From Squalus acanthias (lineage: Eukaryota): DNA of 64,000 nt. Positions within the stretch are counted from its first letter, which is position 1. Every line of letters starts with the position of its first letter. Below the pieces are notes generated by a model. It saw nothing but the letters and a program-made list of their open reading frames with translations. It had not been told where the DNA came from and did not search any database. The position numbers were made by a program, and so were the translations under genes. Positions 21,876 to 33,966 of this stretch are shown one piece after another. The stretch is taken from positions 17,422,001 to 17,486,000 of the forward strand of contig CM059432.1 of assembly GCA_030390025.1 (NCBI GenBank). Reading direction: 5' to 3'.

Positions 21876-23520
21876 GGGGGTAATTTTAACCCCAATACGG
21901 GTGGGGGGTTGGATGTGGGGGGGGCCGGGGGGGGGTGGTTAAAAATTAAAAAATGGGAAACCGGCCGCAACCCGCCTCCAACGTGTCCACTTCCGGTTTT
22001 AACAGGCAGGTTGGGGGGTGGGCGACTACCCTGCTCTCCGAAGGTGGGCCCCAAATTTAAATATTTTAATGAGGCTGCGTGCCTCACATTTTATATCCGT
22101 TTTAAATTTAACGCTGGCTGGCCAGGTTTCCGGGGCCATGGGAAACCCAGCAGCTGAAGGGGGGTGCGGACTGCAGCGTTGTACAGGTAAGTGCCTCTCC
22201 AACACTGCTTGTCAGCCAAGAGGAGCAGGATTGCTTCCCCCCGGCTCCCCAAGCTTTCCTGTAAACCACCCCACGATCAGACCCCTACGATCGTACCCCC
22301 TCCATGTCAGCTCCCTTCCCGATGTCCGACGCCCTCCGGATGTCCGACCCCCTCCCGATGTCCGACCCCCCTCCCGATGTCCGACTCCCCTCCCGATGTC
22401 CGACCCCCTCCCGATGTCCGACCCCCCGCTGATGTCCGCTCCCTTCCCGCTGACGGACCCCCTCCTGATGTCTGACTCTGTCCCGATGTTCGACCCCCTC
22501 TCGATGTCTGACCCTCTCCCAATGTCCGCGTCACTCCCGATGTCTGATCCCCTCCTGATGTCTGATCCCCAGCTGCAGCCTGGAACCGTTGGCCCACCCG
22601 CTCGACAGCCAACCAGCTTCTCAATCTGGATGGCTGCGGCCGGGAAACAGAGGGGGTGAAATTGGGTGCCTTTGCGCCTCCCGTTAGTGCCTCCCGGGGG
22701 GCGCTAACGGGGCGCAAATGGCTCTGCAACCGGGCGCGGCACTGACATCAACTCCCGTCATATTTGGCGGAAGTTTTGCGGCGGCGCTACGACATTGCGC
22801 CCCGATATCCTTCGCCCGGAGATCGTGACGCCACCGTCGTGTGCATCGCCCTGGTAGTGCGCCGGACCCGAAATTGACTTCCGCCCCCTGCAGCAGCGCC
22901 GGTCAAAAACACCGACAGCTGCGGGAGGCGTGCATCGGGCGGCCGGCCGCTTCGGGGGCGAGGATTAAAGGCGAGGTGGCCGAGGTAAGGGGAACCTTTC
23001 CTGTTCTAGATTTTTTCGCGGGTTCCTGCCCACGATCGATCATCCCGGCACTCTGCTTGAGTGCCGGGCTAATCACGCGGGATCGCGGCTGCTTTGGTGG
23101 TCCAGGTAGGTAATTTTTAAATTGCAGAGCCTGCAGCGATGGCTCTTCCCTTTAAGGGAGGGAAGGAGCCTTTGAACGCGGCAGCGCTGCACGGCCTAGT
23201 GTGCAGCGCTACTGAAGTCTCCGCCCTGCTCTCTGACGTTAGTGCCCTAAGAAGGAAATGGAGCGCTTAGCGCTGCACCTCCCTCTTGGGAGCGCTAAAA
23301 CTCAATTTTGCGGTCGCTTGCGCTAATTAGCGCCGGGCGCTAAAGTTAGCGCCCAGGCAGTGTTAGCGCCCTAAAATGGTCGATACTGAATTTTTACCCC
23401 AGAGACTTTAAACGAAAAATCGGGGTCGCGCCGTTAAATTCAGCAGGACCTCCAGGAAACCCGTACTTCCGGGTTTCTCGGCCGCTAAACCTCCCCCTGC
23501 TCCCTTCCTGCCTCGCAGTT
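21876..23520 (+). mobile_element. Harbinger-like MITE family B with an internal C-rich tandem repeat (~22310-22570) and a nested MITE
   Basis: Starts GGGGGTAATTTTAACCCC...CGGGTGGG, as do 31308 and (reversed) 25529; internal CCCGATGTCCGACCCCCT repeats. Confidence 0.65.
22652..23400 (+). mobile_element. Harbinger MITE (family A subtype), CpG-rich
   Basis: TIRs GGGGGTGAAATT / AATTTTTACCCC and TSD AGA; inverted copy at 37820-38513. Confidence 0.8.
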
Positions 23521-23971
23521 ATTGTCAACTTCATTAAGGAAATGGGAATGCAACTGTTTATAACTTATGATGACACCTTACCTCATAAATACTGGGCGAA
23601 GCAGATAAAAGGCAATAAAATATAATAGGAACAAGCACTTCAAACTGTGCCGTTCAAGATTTCGATGATTGATGCAGGAAAAGCACGCACATGCTCAGGA
23701 AATTAAATCTATTGAGGATAAAAAATCGCTGTAATATATTAGTGCACGTAAACAGGAGTCCTGACTAAATGCTGTCACTGCAGCCAGTAATGAGATAATG
23801 CAGCTTCACTTACACTAAATGGTACAACTGAAATACATTTTTTTGGCAGGCTATCAATGGACACAAATCAATAGCAAAGGCCCTACCTTGAATCTGCTTC
23901 GGCCTTGAGCACACGTGGCTTGGGACCGTCCAGAGAATGATTAGCAGAAGCTATGCTCGTGCCTCAACATT

Positions 23972-24222
23972 GTGAGGAGGAATTTCTTCTCTCAGAGGGT
24001 CGTAAATCTGTGGAATTCTCTGCCCCAGAGAGCCGTGGAGGCTGGGTCATTAAATACATTTAAGGTGGAGATAGACAGATTTTTGCAAGGTAAAGGAGTG
24101 AAGGGTTATGGGGAGCGAGCAGGGAAGTGGCTTTGAGCCCAAGATCAGCCATGATCTTATTGAATGGTGGAGCAGGCTTGAGGGGCCTAGTGGCATATTC
24201 CAGCTCCTATTTCTTAAGTTCT
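23972..24222 (+). mobile_element. CR1 3' end
   Basis: GAGGAGGAATTTCTTCTCTCAGAGGGT...GGAGCAGGCTTGAGGGGCC...CTCCTATTTCTTA. Confidence 0.85.
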
Positions 24223-25007
24223 TATTCAGCGACGCCTGCTGTGAAAGGGAATGTGTTGAATTTTTGGGTGAGGGCAGATGCGGCCCAGCTGCGACCCTAC
24301 GCGTGATCAAATAGTTTGGCAATTTGGGCTCAGGAACAGAATATTTAAAAACGGCCCGTTTGGTAAGGTACCAGAAGGATGCCGTAGCACCTGTGGAACT
24401 TTACTCGCAAGAGTTAACACACTCAGGAGAAAGGGGAAGAAAACGGAAAAATAAGAAGGAGCAGGAGTGGCGGCGGTTGTCAGTTTGGAGTTGAGATGCA
24501 TTGGGGAAACCGTCTGGTCTGGAAGGTGAATGCCTCCACTCGCAAATGCTTCATCCCACAGCATTCCTGCATGGCAAGACTTTACCCGAGTAGTATTCAC
24601 TTTGGGTTTTTTTTTCTTGCGATAATGGATATTCAACTTGCGATTTCCTTTTATACACAAGACAGGAGATGCGGGAGAAATTATTTAACTGGTTCATTAC
24701 TCTCCTTGCTGTGTGTTCAATCATTCGTGTACAGGAAAAGTATTGATCCCAGGTTACAGTATGTCTTTTTATGATTTAATAATCCTCTTAATTTGATGTT
24801 TTGCTCATCTCAGAGTCTCTCGCAGGTGTGCTTTCTCTCTCTCACTCTCTCCTGTTTCACCATGTTAATTCTCTATTACTCTCACTGTTTGTCTCTTTGC
24901 TGTTACTTCTTTCCCGCTGTTTCTGCTCCTTTTTGTTCGTTAAATGAATGTCCAATGCAGACAAGGAAAGGTATGAATGCAATGACTTGACTTCGCCGGA
25001 ATTCATT

Positions 25008-25529
25008 GGCCCCGGTATTTACTGGGGCAGGAGTTCCAAGCCGGCGGGAAGGAGTTCTGGTCGGGAAACCTGGAAGTCCCGATTGCGGAGGGAGGTGCGG
25101 GGGTGGCGGGGTGGGTGGGGGGGTGGGCCGATCGCGTGGAGGGGGAAGCAGGTTTGCCTTGTGGGCCGGGGGGGAAGCGTTCCTGCTCCTCCTGGCCCAC
25201 AAGCAGTGCTGGAAAAGCACTTAGCTCTTCCATGCAGCCGTCCTCGCCTCCCTTTAGCTGCCGGGTTTCCCGAGGTCCGGGAGACCCGGTCGGCCAGCCT
25301 TAAAGCTGGAAGAGAGATAAAATCTGAGGCATGCAGCCTCATTAAAATTTTTACATGAGCGACCCGCCTCCTGGGAGCGGATTGGTTGACCGCCCCCCGA
25401 CCCGCCTCGATTAACACTGGAAATATGCAGGTTCGAGGTGGCTTGGGATCATGTTTGCGCATTTTTACATTTTAACAGCCCACCCGACCCAAAGCCACTC
25501 ATTTTTGGGGGTTGGTTAAAATTATTCCC
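25008..25529 (-). mobile_element. MITE family B copy
   Basis: Reverse-complement similarity to 21876-22300 (TTTTAATGAGGCTGC, CAGCACTGCTTGTGGGCCAGGAGGAGCAGG). Confidence 0.65.
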
Positions 25530-25944
25530 ATTGTACGCTTTGGGAGGTTTCTGGCAAACGTACTGAGGCCCTAATAAGTACAAGTTCTTTCTTTCTTTCT
25601 CAGCTTCCTATTCCAGCTATGCACACTTCCTCTTAATTTTGCAATTTGCTCCCTTCCTGTTGTTTATCTAGGCCTTGTTTTGCAATATTTCTGTGCTGCG
25701 CACGTACAATTTTCCTGCATCCATAACTGAAATACTCAATGCCCTTTAATGTTGGTTATTCAGCGCAGTCACCTCTCCCTCCTGCTGTGCACATCTGCTC
25801 CCTTGTATTGTGCACCAGCTTGTCCATGCAAGAAAGAAGCGAGCAAGTTAGTGGCAGCCTAACTAAGATATTTTGGGGTTGTGCACGTCATGATTGAATA
25901 GTGTGGATGTGGTGGGAAAGGTGGCAGAGCCGCGGGAAGGAATA

Positions 25945-26628
25945 GTGAGGAGATCGGCAGGTGTGGAGTGCGTGAGGAGTGAGGAGACCAGCAGGTGTGG
26001 AGTGTGTGTGGTGAGGAGACCAGCAGGTGTGGAGTGTGTGTGGAGTGAGGAGACCAGCAGGTGTGGAGTGTGTGTGGAGTGAGGAGACCAGCAGGTGTGG
26101 AGTGTGTGAGGAGTGAGGAGACCAGCAGGTGTGGAGTGTGTGTGGTGAGGAGACCAGCAGGTGTGGAGTGTGAGGAGTGAGGAGACCAGCAGGTGTGGAG
26201 TGTGTGAGGAGTGAGGAGACCAGCAGGTGTGGAGTGTGTGTGGAGTGAGGAGACCAGCAGGTGTGGAGTGTGTGTGGTGAGGAGATCGGCAGGTGTGGAG
26301 TGTGTGTGGAGTGAGGAGACCAGCAGGTGTGGAGTGTGTGAGGAGTGAGGAGATCGGCAGGTGTGGAGTGTGTGAGGAGTGAGGAGACCAGCAGGTGTGG
26401 AGTGTGTGTGGAGTGAGGAGACCAGCAGGTGTGGAGTGTGTGTGGTGAGGAGATCGGCAGGTGTGGAGTGTGTGAGGAGTGAGGAGACCAGCAGGTGTGG
26501 AGTGTGTGAGGAGTGAGGAGATCGGCAGGTGTGGAGTGTGTGAGGAGTGAGGAGACCAGCAGGTGTGGAGTGTGTGAGGAGTGAGGAGATCGGCAGGTGT
26601 GGAGTGTGTGAGGAGTGAGGAGACCAGC
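25945..26628. repeat. Minisatellite, 28-35-bp unit GAGGAGA(CCA/TCG)GCAGGTGTGGAGTGTGT(GTG/GAGGAGT), left block
   Basis: Directly visible tandem array. Confidence 0.97.
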
Positions 26629-28332
26629 ATAGAAACATAGAAACATAGAAAAATAGGAGCAGGAGTAGGCCATTCGGCCCTTCCATCCTGCTCCACCATT
26701 CAATATGATCATGGCTGATTCTCTATCTCAATACCATATTCCCGCTCTCTCCCCATACCCCTTGATGCCTTTTGTGTCTAGAAATCTATCTATCTCCTTC
26801 TTAAATATATTCAGTGACTTGGCCTCCACAGCCTTCTGTGGCAGAGAATTCCACAGGTTCACCACCCTCTGAGTGAAGACATTTCTCCTCATCTCAGTCC
26901 TAAATGTCCTGCCCCGTATCCTGAGACTGTGACCCCTCGTTCTAGACCCCCCAGCCAGGGGAAACATCCTCCCTGCATCCTGTCTGTCTAGCCCTGTCAG
27001 AATTTTATACGTTTCAATGAGATCCCCTTTCATTCTTCTAAACTCTAGTGAATACAGGCCTAGTCGACCTAATCTCTCCTCATACGACAGTCCTGCCATC
27101 CCAGGAATCAGTCTGGTGAACCTTCGCTGCATTCCCTCTGTGGGAAGTATATCCTTTCTTGGGTAAGGAGACCAAAACTGCACACACTACTCCAGGTGTG
27201 GTCTCACCAAGGCCCTGTATAACTGTAGTAAGACATCCTTGTTCCTGTACTCAAATCCTCTTGAAATGAAGGCCAACATACCATTTGCCTTCCTAACTGC
27301 TTGCTGCACCTGCATGTTTGCTTTCAGTGACTGGTGAACAAGGATACCAGTTCCCTTTGTACATCAACATTTGCCAATCTATCACCATTTAAATAATACT
27401 CTACCTTTCTGTTTTTCCTACCGAAGTGGATAACTTCACATTTTTCCACGTTATACTGCATCTGCCATGTATTTGCCCACTCACTCAACTTGTCTAAATC
27501 ACCTTGAAGCCTCTTTACATTCTCCTCACAACTCACAATCCCACCTAGTTTCGTGTCATCAGCAAACTTGGAAATATTACATTTGATTCCCTCATCCAAA
27601 TCATTGATATATATTGTGAATAGCTGGGACCCAAGCATTGATCCCTGCGGTACCCCACTAGTCACCACCTGCCACCCTGAAAAAGACCCATTTATTCCTA
27701 CTCTCTGTTTCCTGTCTGTAAACCAATTTTCAATCCATGCCAGTATATTATCCCCAATCCCATGTGCTTTAAATTTGCACACTAACCTCTTATGTGGGAC
27801 TTTATCAAAGGCCTTCTGAAAATCCAAATACACCACATCCACTGGTTCTCCCTTATCTATTCTACCAGTTACATCCTTAAAAAATTCCAGTAGGTTTGTC
27901 AAACATGATTTCCCTTTCATAAATCCATGTTGACTTTGTCTCATCCCGTTGATATTTTCTAAGTGTCCTGTTATCACATCCTTTATAATAGACTCTAGCA
28001 TTTTCCCTACTACTGATGTTAGGCTAACCGGTCTGTAGGTCCCCATTTTCTCTCCCTCCTTTTTTAAATAGTGGGGTTACATTTGCCACCCTAGAATCTG
28101 CAGGAACTGTTCCATAATCTATAGAATTTTGGAAGATGACAACCAATGCACCCACTATTTCCATGGCTACCTCTTTTATACTCTGGGATGCAGATTATCA
28201 GTCCCATTAATTTCTCCAGCACTATTTTTTTACTAATACTAATTTCCTTTAATTCCTTCCTCTCACTAGAGCCTTGATTCCCTAGCATTTCTGGGAAGTT
28301 ATTTGTGTCCTCTTTCGTGAAGACAGAACCAA
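26629..28332 (-). mobile_element. 5'-truncated CR1 LINE (RT and 3' end) inserted in the minisatellite
   Basis: YRPVSLTS, QHGF, YLDFQKAFD, SGVPQGS, FADD; (CTATGTTT)n tail. Confidence 0.95.
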
Positions 28333-28339
28333 AGCAAGC

Positions 28340-30030
28340 TTGGAGTGTGTGAGGAATGAGGAGACCAGCAGGTGTGGAGTGTGTGTGGTGAGGAGACCAG
28401 CAGGTGTGGAGTGTGAGGAGTGAGGAGACCAGCAGGTGTGGAGTGTGTGTGGTGAGGAGACCAGCAGGTGTGGAGTGTGTGTGGTGAGGAGACCAGCAGG
28501 TGTGGAGTGTGAGGAGTGAGGAGACCAGCAGGTGTGGAGTGTGAGGAGTGAGGAGACCAGCAGGTGTGGAGTGTGTGAGGAGTGAGGAGACCAGCAGGTG
28601 TGGAGTGTGTGAGGAGTGAGGAGACCAGCAGGTGTGGAGTGTGTGAGCCGTGAGGAGACCAGCAGGTGTGGAGTGTGTGTGGTGAGGAGACCAGCAGGTG
28701 TGGAGTGTGTGAGGAGTGAGGAGACCAGCAGGTGTGGAGTGTGTTTGGTGAGGAGACCAGCAGGTGTGGAGTGTGTGAGGAGTGAGGAGACCAGCAGGTG
28801 TGGAGTGTGTGTGGTGGGGAGACCAGCAGGTGTGGAGTGTGTGAGGAGTGAGGAGACCAGCAGGTGTGGAGTGTGTGTGGTGGGGAGACCAGCAGGTGTG
28901 GAGTGTGTGAGGAGTGAGGAGACCAGCAGGTGTGGAGTGTGTGTGGTGAGACCAGCAGGTGTGGAGTGTGTGTGGTGGGGAGACCAGCAGGAGTGGAGTG
29001 TGTGAGGAGTGAGGAGACCAGCAGGTGTGGAGTGTGTGTGGTGAGACCAGCAGGTGTGGAGTGTGTGTGGTGGGGAGACCAGCAGGTGTGGAGTGTGTGA
29101 GGAGTGAGGAGACCAGCAGGTGTGGAGTGTGTGTGGTGAGACCAGCAGGTGTGGAGTGTGAGGAGTGAGGAGACCAGCAGGTGTGGAGTGTGTGTGAGGA
29201 GTGAGGAGACCAGCAGGTGTGGAGTGTGTGTGGTGAGACCAGCAGGTGTGGAGTGTGTGAGGAGTGAGGAGACCAGCAGGTGTGGAGTGTGTGTGGTGAG
29301 ACCAGCAGGTGTGGAGTGTGTGAGGAGTGAGGAGACCAGCAGGTGTGGAGTGTGAGGAGTGAGGAGACCAGCAGGTGTGGAGTGTGTGTGTGAGGAGACC
29401 AGCAGGTGTGGAGTGTGTGTGGTGAGGAGACCAGCAGGTGTGGAGTGTGTGTGGTGGGGAGACCAGCAGGTGTGGAGTGTGTGTGGTGGGGAGACCAGCA
29501 GGTGTGGAGTGTGTGTGGTGAGGAGACCAGCAGGTGTGGAGTGTGTGTGGTGGGGAGACCAGCAGGTGTGGAGTGTGTGTGGTGGGGAGACCAGCAGGTG
29601 TGGAGTGTGTGTGGTGGGGAGACCAGCAGGTGTGGAGTGTGTGTGGTGAGGAGACCAGCAGGTGTGGAGTGTGTGTGCTGAGGAGACCAGCAGGTGTGGA
29701 GTGTGTGTGGTGAGGAGACCAGCAGGTGTGGAGTGTGTGAGCCGTGAGTAGACCAGCAGGTGTGGAGTGTGTGTGGTGGGGAGACCAGCAGGTGTGGAGT
29801 GTGTGTGGTGAGGAGACCAGCAGGTGTGGAGTGTGTGTGGTGAGGAGACCAGCAGGTGTGGAGTGTGAGGAGTGAGGAGACCAGCAGGTGTGGAGTGTGT
29901 GTGGTGAGGAGACCAGCAGGTGTGGAGTGTGTGTGGTGAGGAGACCAGCAGGTGTGGAGTGTGTGTGGTGAGGAGACCAGCAGGTGTGGAGTGTGTGTGG
30001 TGGGGAGACCAGCAGGTGTGGAGTGTGTGA
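28340..30030. repeat. Minisatellite, right block
   Basis: Same unit as 25945-26628, with different variant types. Confidence 0.97.
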
Positions 30031-30932
30031 GCAGTCCCAGTAGAGTGATTGGCAGCTGAAGACGCAGGAGAGAGGAACAGGTCGTAGATCAAAAGAAAAA
30101 CACCAACAAACCTAGCAACACTTAAAAAAGACAAATAATCTAAAATGTAGATGTGGAAAAAAGTTAATAGAAGCGAGGAAGATGGAATTCGGAGAAAAAT
30201 ATGCCAATATTTGAAAAGAAATATAAGAAAATATAATAGGGGAAAAAAAGAAAATGGATAAATGCAGTACTGAGCTTATAGAGCTAAACAGGTAGGATTT
30301 AAAAACATAAAGGGTAGAAGTTGGCCCACACTGCGCCCATTTTTTGGGAGTAGAACGGGCGCAAATCATTACCAATTCAGCGGTGGGATGGCCTGTGCCC
30401 GGGCCCACGCCTAACACGGGCAATGGGCCGATGAATATGTTAACGAGAGGGGCGTGGGCTGCACCCGCCTGCAGGGGTTGGCGTGGGGCCTGTGCTGTTT
30501 TCGAGCTCGGGCCTAATCTAAATTAATTCGACGAGCTGCCGGCGCGATGCGCGTTCCCTGCTGGGCGGCTCGCTGATTGGGAAGGGCGGGCCATCCTACG
30601 GGGTGGCCACCATGTTAAAGTCCTGCAGCTGCACCTTAAAAGCGAGGTGCTTTCGATGGTGAGGGGCAGCGACCAGTGAGCTTGTGCAGCAGCCGGCAAA
30701 GTGACTTCCAACAGGGTCCCGAGGTTCTCTGACGCAGCTGTGGAGGGGCTGACTGAACAGTTAAACCAGCAATAAGGAAGTTCCCCCATCCCAACGGATG
30801 GGCGACGGGAGTCAGGACAAGTCAGTCAACATTCAAATGACCGTACAGTTGTCTGAGTGCTTTAAATGGTGCAGCAGTCATTGTGTAACTTTGTGACATG
30901 CCTACTTTGCCCATCCACTTGGTATAAGGTAG

Positions 30933-31307
30933 AAAGAAGGGAGCAAGAATTTTCATTTATATAGCGCATTTCACGGCGTCAGGACGTCCCAAAGCGCTTC
31001 ACCGCCAATGAAGTATTTTTGAAGTGGAGTCACTGGTGTAATGTAGGAAACACAGCAGCCAATTTGCGCACAGCAAGCTCCCACATGCAACAATGAGATA
31101 ATGACCATAAAATCCACCAATTGGTGATGTTGGTAGAAGGATAAATAATGCCCAGGACCCCGAGGAGTGCTCATCTACTCTTCTTTGAATAGTTTCATGG
31201 GGTGAGAGGGCAAACGGGACCTCAGTTTAACCTCTCATTTGAAAGACGGCACTTCAGTGTAGCACTCCCTCAGTGCCAGCCTAGATTATGCGCTCAAGTC
31301 GCTGGAG
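30933..31307 (-). mobile_element. Deu-SINE lacking most of its head
   Basis: Tail and core motifs as in 16040-16517. Confidence 0.8.
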
Positions 31308-33140
31308 TGGGGAATTTTAACCCCAAAAAACGGGTGGGTTGGTTTCGGGTGGAGGCTTAAAGAGTTAAAAATCAGAATCTTGACCCCAAACCCGCCTCCC
31401 ACCCTCCCACTTCTGGCTTTAGTGGAGGTGGGACGGGGGGCAGGCAGCCAACCCGTTCGCAGGAGACGGGTTGACACTTTAAATATTATAATGAGGCTGC
31501 GTGCCTCTTGGCGATCCACCATTTTAAATATAACTGTGGGCGAGCGGGTTTACCAGCTCTTCCGACGCCACCCCCCAGCCTTCCATCGCCCCTGCCCTTC
31601 TGACCTCCCCCCTCCGGCCGTCCTCCCCTCCCCTCCAGCCTTCTGACCCTCCTCTCCAGCCTTCTGACCCCCTCCTCCGGCCTTCCGACCCTCCCCTCCA
31701 GCCTTCTGACCCTCCTCTCCAGCCTTCTGACCCCCTCCTCCGGCCTTCTGATCCCCCCTCCAGCCTTCTGACCCGTCCTCCAGCCTTCCGACCCCCCTCC
31801 CAGCCTTCCGACCCCTCCTCCAGCCTTCCGACCCCCCTCCAGCCTTCCGACCCCTCCTCCAGCCTTCCGACCCCCCTCCAGCCTTCTGACCCCCTCCTCC
31901 GGCCTTCTGATCCCCCCTCCAGCCTTCTGACCCCTCCTCCAGCCTTCCGACCCCCCTCCCAGCCTTCTGACCCCTCCTCCAGCCTTCCGACCCCTCCTCC
32001 AGCCTTCCGACCCCTCCTCCAGCCATCCGACCCCCCTCCAGCCTTCTGACCCCCCCTCCAGCCTTCTGACCCCCTCCTCCGGCCTTCTGACCCCCCCTCC
32101 AGCCTTCCGACCCCCCTCCAGCCTTCTGACCCCCTCCTCCGGCCTTCTGATCCCCCCTCCAGCCTTCTGACCCCTCCTCCAGCCTTCCGACCCCCCTCCC
32201 AGCCTTCTGACCCCTCCTCCAGCCTTCCGACCCCTCCTCCAGCCTTCCGACCCCCCTCCAGTCTTCTGACCCCCCCTCCAACCTTCTGACACCCCCCTCC
32301 AGCTTTCCGACCCCCCCTCCAGCCCTCTGACCCCCCCTCCAGCCTTCTGACCCCCCCTCCAGCCTTCTGACACCCCCTCCAGCCTTCTGACCCCCCCTCC
32401 AGCCTTCTGACCCCTCCTCCAGCCTTCTGACCCCCCCTCCAGCCTTCTGACCCCCCTCCAGCCTTCTGACACCCCCTCCAGCCTTCTGACCCCCCCTCCA
32501 GCCTTCTGACACCCCCTCCAGCCTTCTGACACCCCCTCCAGCCTTCTGACACCCCCTCCAGCCTTCTGACCCCCCCTCCAGCCTTCTGACACCCCCTCCA
32601 GCCTTCTGACACCCCCTCCAGCCTTCTGACACCCCCTCCAGCCTTCCGACACCCCCTCCAGCCTTCCGACCCCCCCTCCAGCCTTCTGACCCCCCCTCCC
32701 AGCCTTCTGACCCCTCCTCCAGCCTTCTGACCCCTCCTCCAGCCTTCTGACCTCCCCCCTCCGGCCGTCCGACCCCCCCCTCCGGCCTTCTGACCTCCCC
32801 TCTCTGGCCTTCCGACCCCCCCTCCGGCCTTCTGACCTCCCCCCTCCGGCCTTCCGACCCCCCCTCCGGCCTTCCGACCCCCCCTCTGGCCTCCGATCCC
32901 TCCTCTGGCCTTCCGACCACCCCGCCGATCCCTCCCTCCCTCCTCTCTGTGACCTGGTGCCGCAGACCTACCCACTTGACAGCCGGCCTCTCCATCTGGC
33001 TGGCTGCGGGCGGGAAACAGAGATTCAAAATGTTAATCAGGCCCTGCCGTTAAATTCGGCAGGGCCTGAGGGAAACCAGTTCCACATTGCAGCCACCACT
33101 GCCCTGCTCCCTACCCGCCTCCAAATTAAAATTCCGGCCC
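31308..33140 (+). mobile_element. MITE family B with an expanded internal minisatellite
   Basis: GGGGAATTTTAACCCC ... TTAAAATTCCGGCCC termini; shares flanks of the repeat with 21876-23520. Confidence 0.7.
31570..32930. repeat. Minisatellite, ~19-23-bp unit CCAGCCTTC(T/C)GACCCCCCT
   Basis: Directly visible tandem array with a strong C/G strand skew. Confidence 0.97.
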
Positions 33141-33832
33141 TTATATCCACTTGGTATAAGGTAGCGATGGGTCACTATTTTCCGCAGTTTTGAGAGCATC
33201 TTTTAAATTTGGTGCCAGTGTCCCTGGGTGGTGAGCTCCTAATTGACACATTGCAGCAGCTCCTGCTGGGCACCGTTGACTTCTCTCCTGTGGGAACAGT
33301 GCCCTTGAGATGCCAGACTGAGCAACCTTCCTTTCTCTCACGTCTTGCCAATACAGGCAGCAGTTCCATTACATCATCAGAATATCTGGAGGCTCTGCCT
33401 GGCAGGCACTGCAGATGGAAAACAAGTCACGAAATCTTTTGCCGAAGATTTGCCTGCAATAAAATTGAACCTTGTTTAAATGGCTGCCACAGCCTTTAGG
33501 CGCAGGTGCTGCAGAGCCAGATAGTTCACCCTGGGAGCTCAATTTGAATTCGTAATTAGGTCCAACCCCAGACATTTCATTGGCATCAGATGCCGCGCAC
33601 AAAGCCTGAACCACAACGTTCCCTCGCCATCTGCGACCATTTGTGGTAAATCTATCCCCTTTCCAACTGTGAAGATTCCCTTTTCTAAGGACCTTAGGAT
33701 CCTGGGATGGGGGGGATTGTCCTATGAGGAGAGGTTGAGTAGACTAGGCCTATATTCTCTAGAGTTTAGAAGAATGAGAGGTGATCTCATTGAAACATAC
33801 AAAATTCTTACAGGGCTTGACAGGGTAGATGC

Positions 33833-33966
33833 CATGATGTGGAGATGCCGGTGTTGGACTGGGGTGGACAAATGTGAGAAGTCGCACAACACCAGGTTAT
33901 AGTCCAACAGCTTTATTTGAAATCACAAGCTTTTGGAGCGCTGCTCCTTCGTCAGGTGAAGTGAAG
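33833..33966 (-). mobile_element. Penelope-like terminal-repeat fragment with a hammerhead motif; 11-bp TSD AGGGTAGATGC
   Basis: TSD at 33822-33832 and 33967-33977; homologous to 35600-35690. Confidence 0.75.
33924..33958 (-). ncRNA. Minimal type I hammerhead ribozyme, probably inactivated (GAAA to AAAA)
   Basis: CAC-CUGACGA-A-GGAGC(AGC)GCUCC-AAAA-GC-UU-GUG. Confidence 0.6.

Larger units (their letters stand above)
30311..33659 (+). mobile_element. Degenerate Harbinger-derived element hosting a SINE and a MITE
   Basis: TIR-like ends GGGTAGAAGTT / AAATCTATCCCC; PRFSDAAVEGL remnant at ~30718 resembles the Myb/SANT start RAPRFADNALEVL. Confidence 0.5.

Noticed and set aside
22652-23400. CpG island suggesting a gene promoter
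   Set aside because: It coincides exactly with a MITE that has TIRs, a TSD and another copy at 37820-38513.
25945-30030. CRISPR-like regular ~30-bp repeats
   Set aside because: No unique spacers, no cas genes, and a vertebrate context.
25859-30134. Long ORFs (274-611 aa) rich in THSTPAGLL/HTPHLLVSS
   Set aside because: They are translations of a stop-free minisatellite strand, open in several frames, with no domain content.
31486-33028. 388-492 aa Gly/Arg/Glu-rich ORFs
   Set aside because: All three minus frames are open because of the tandem repeat; not a gene.
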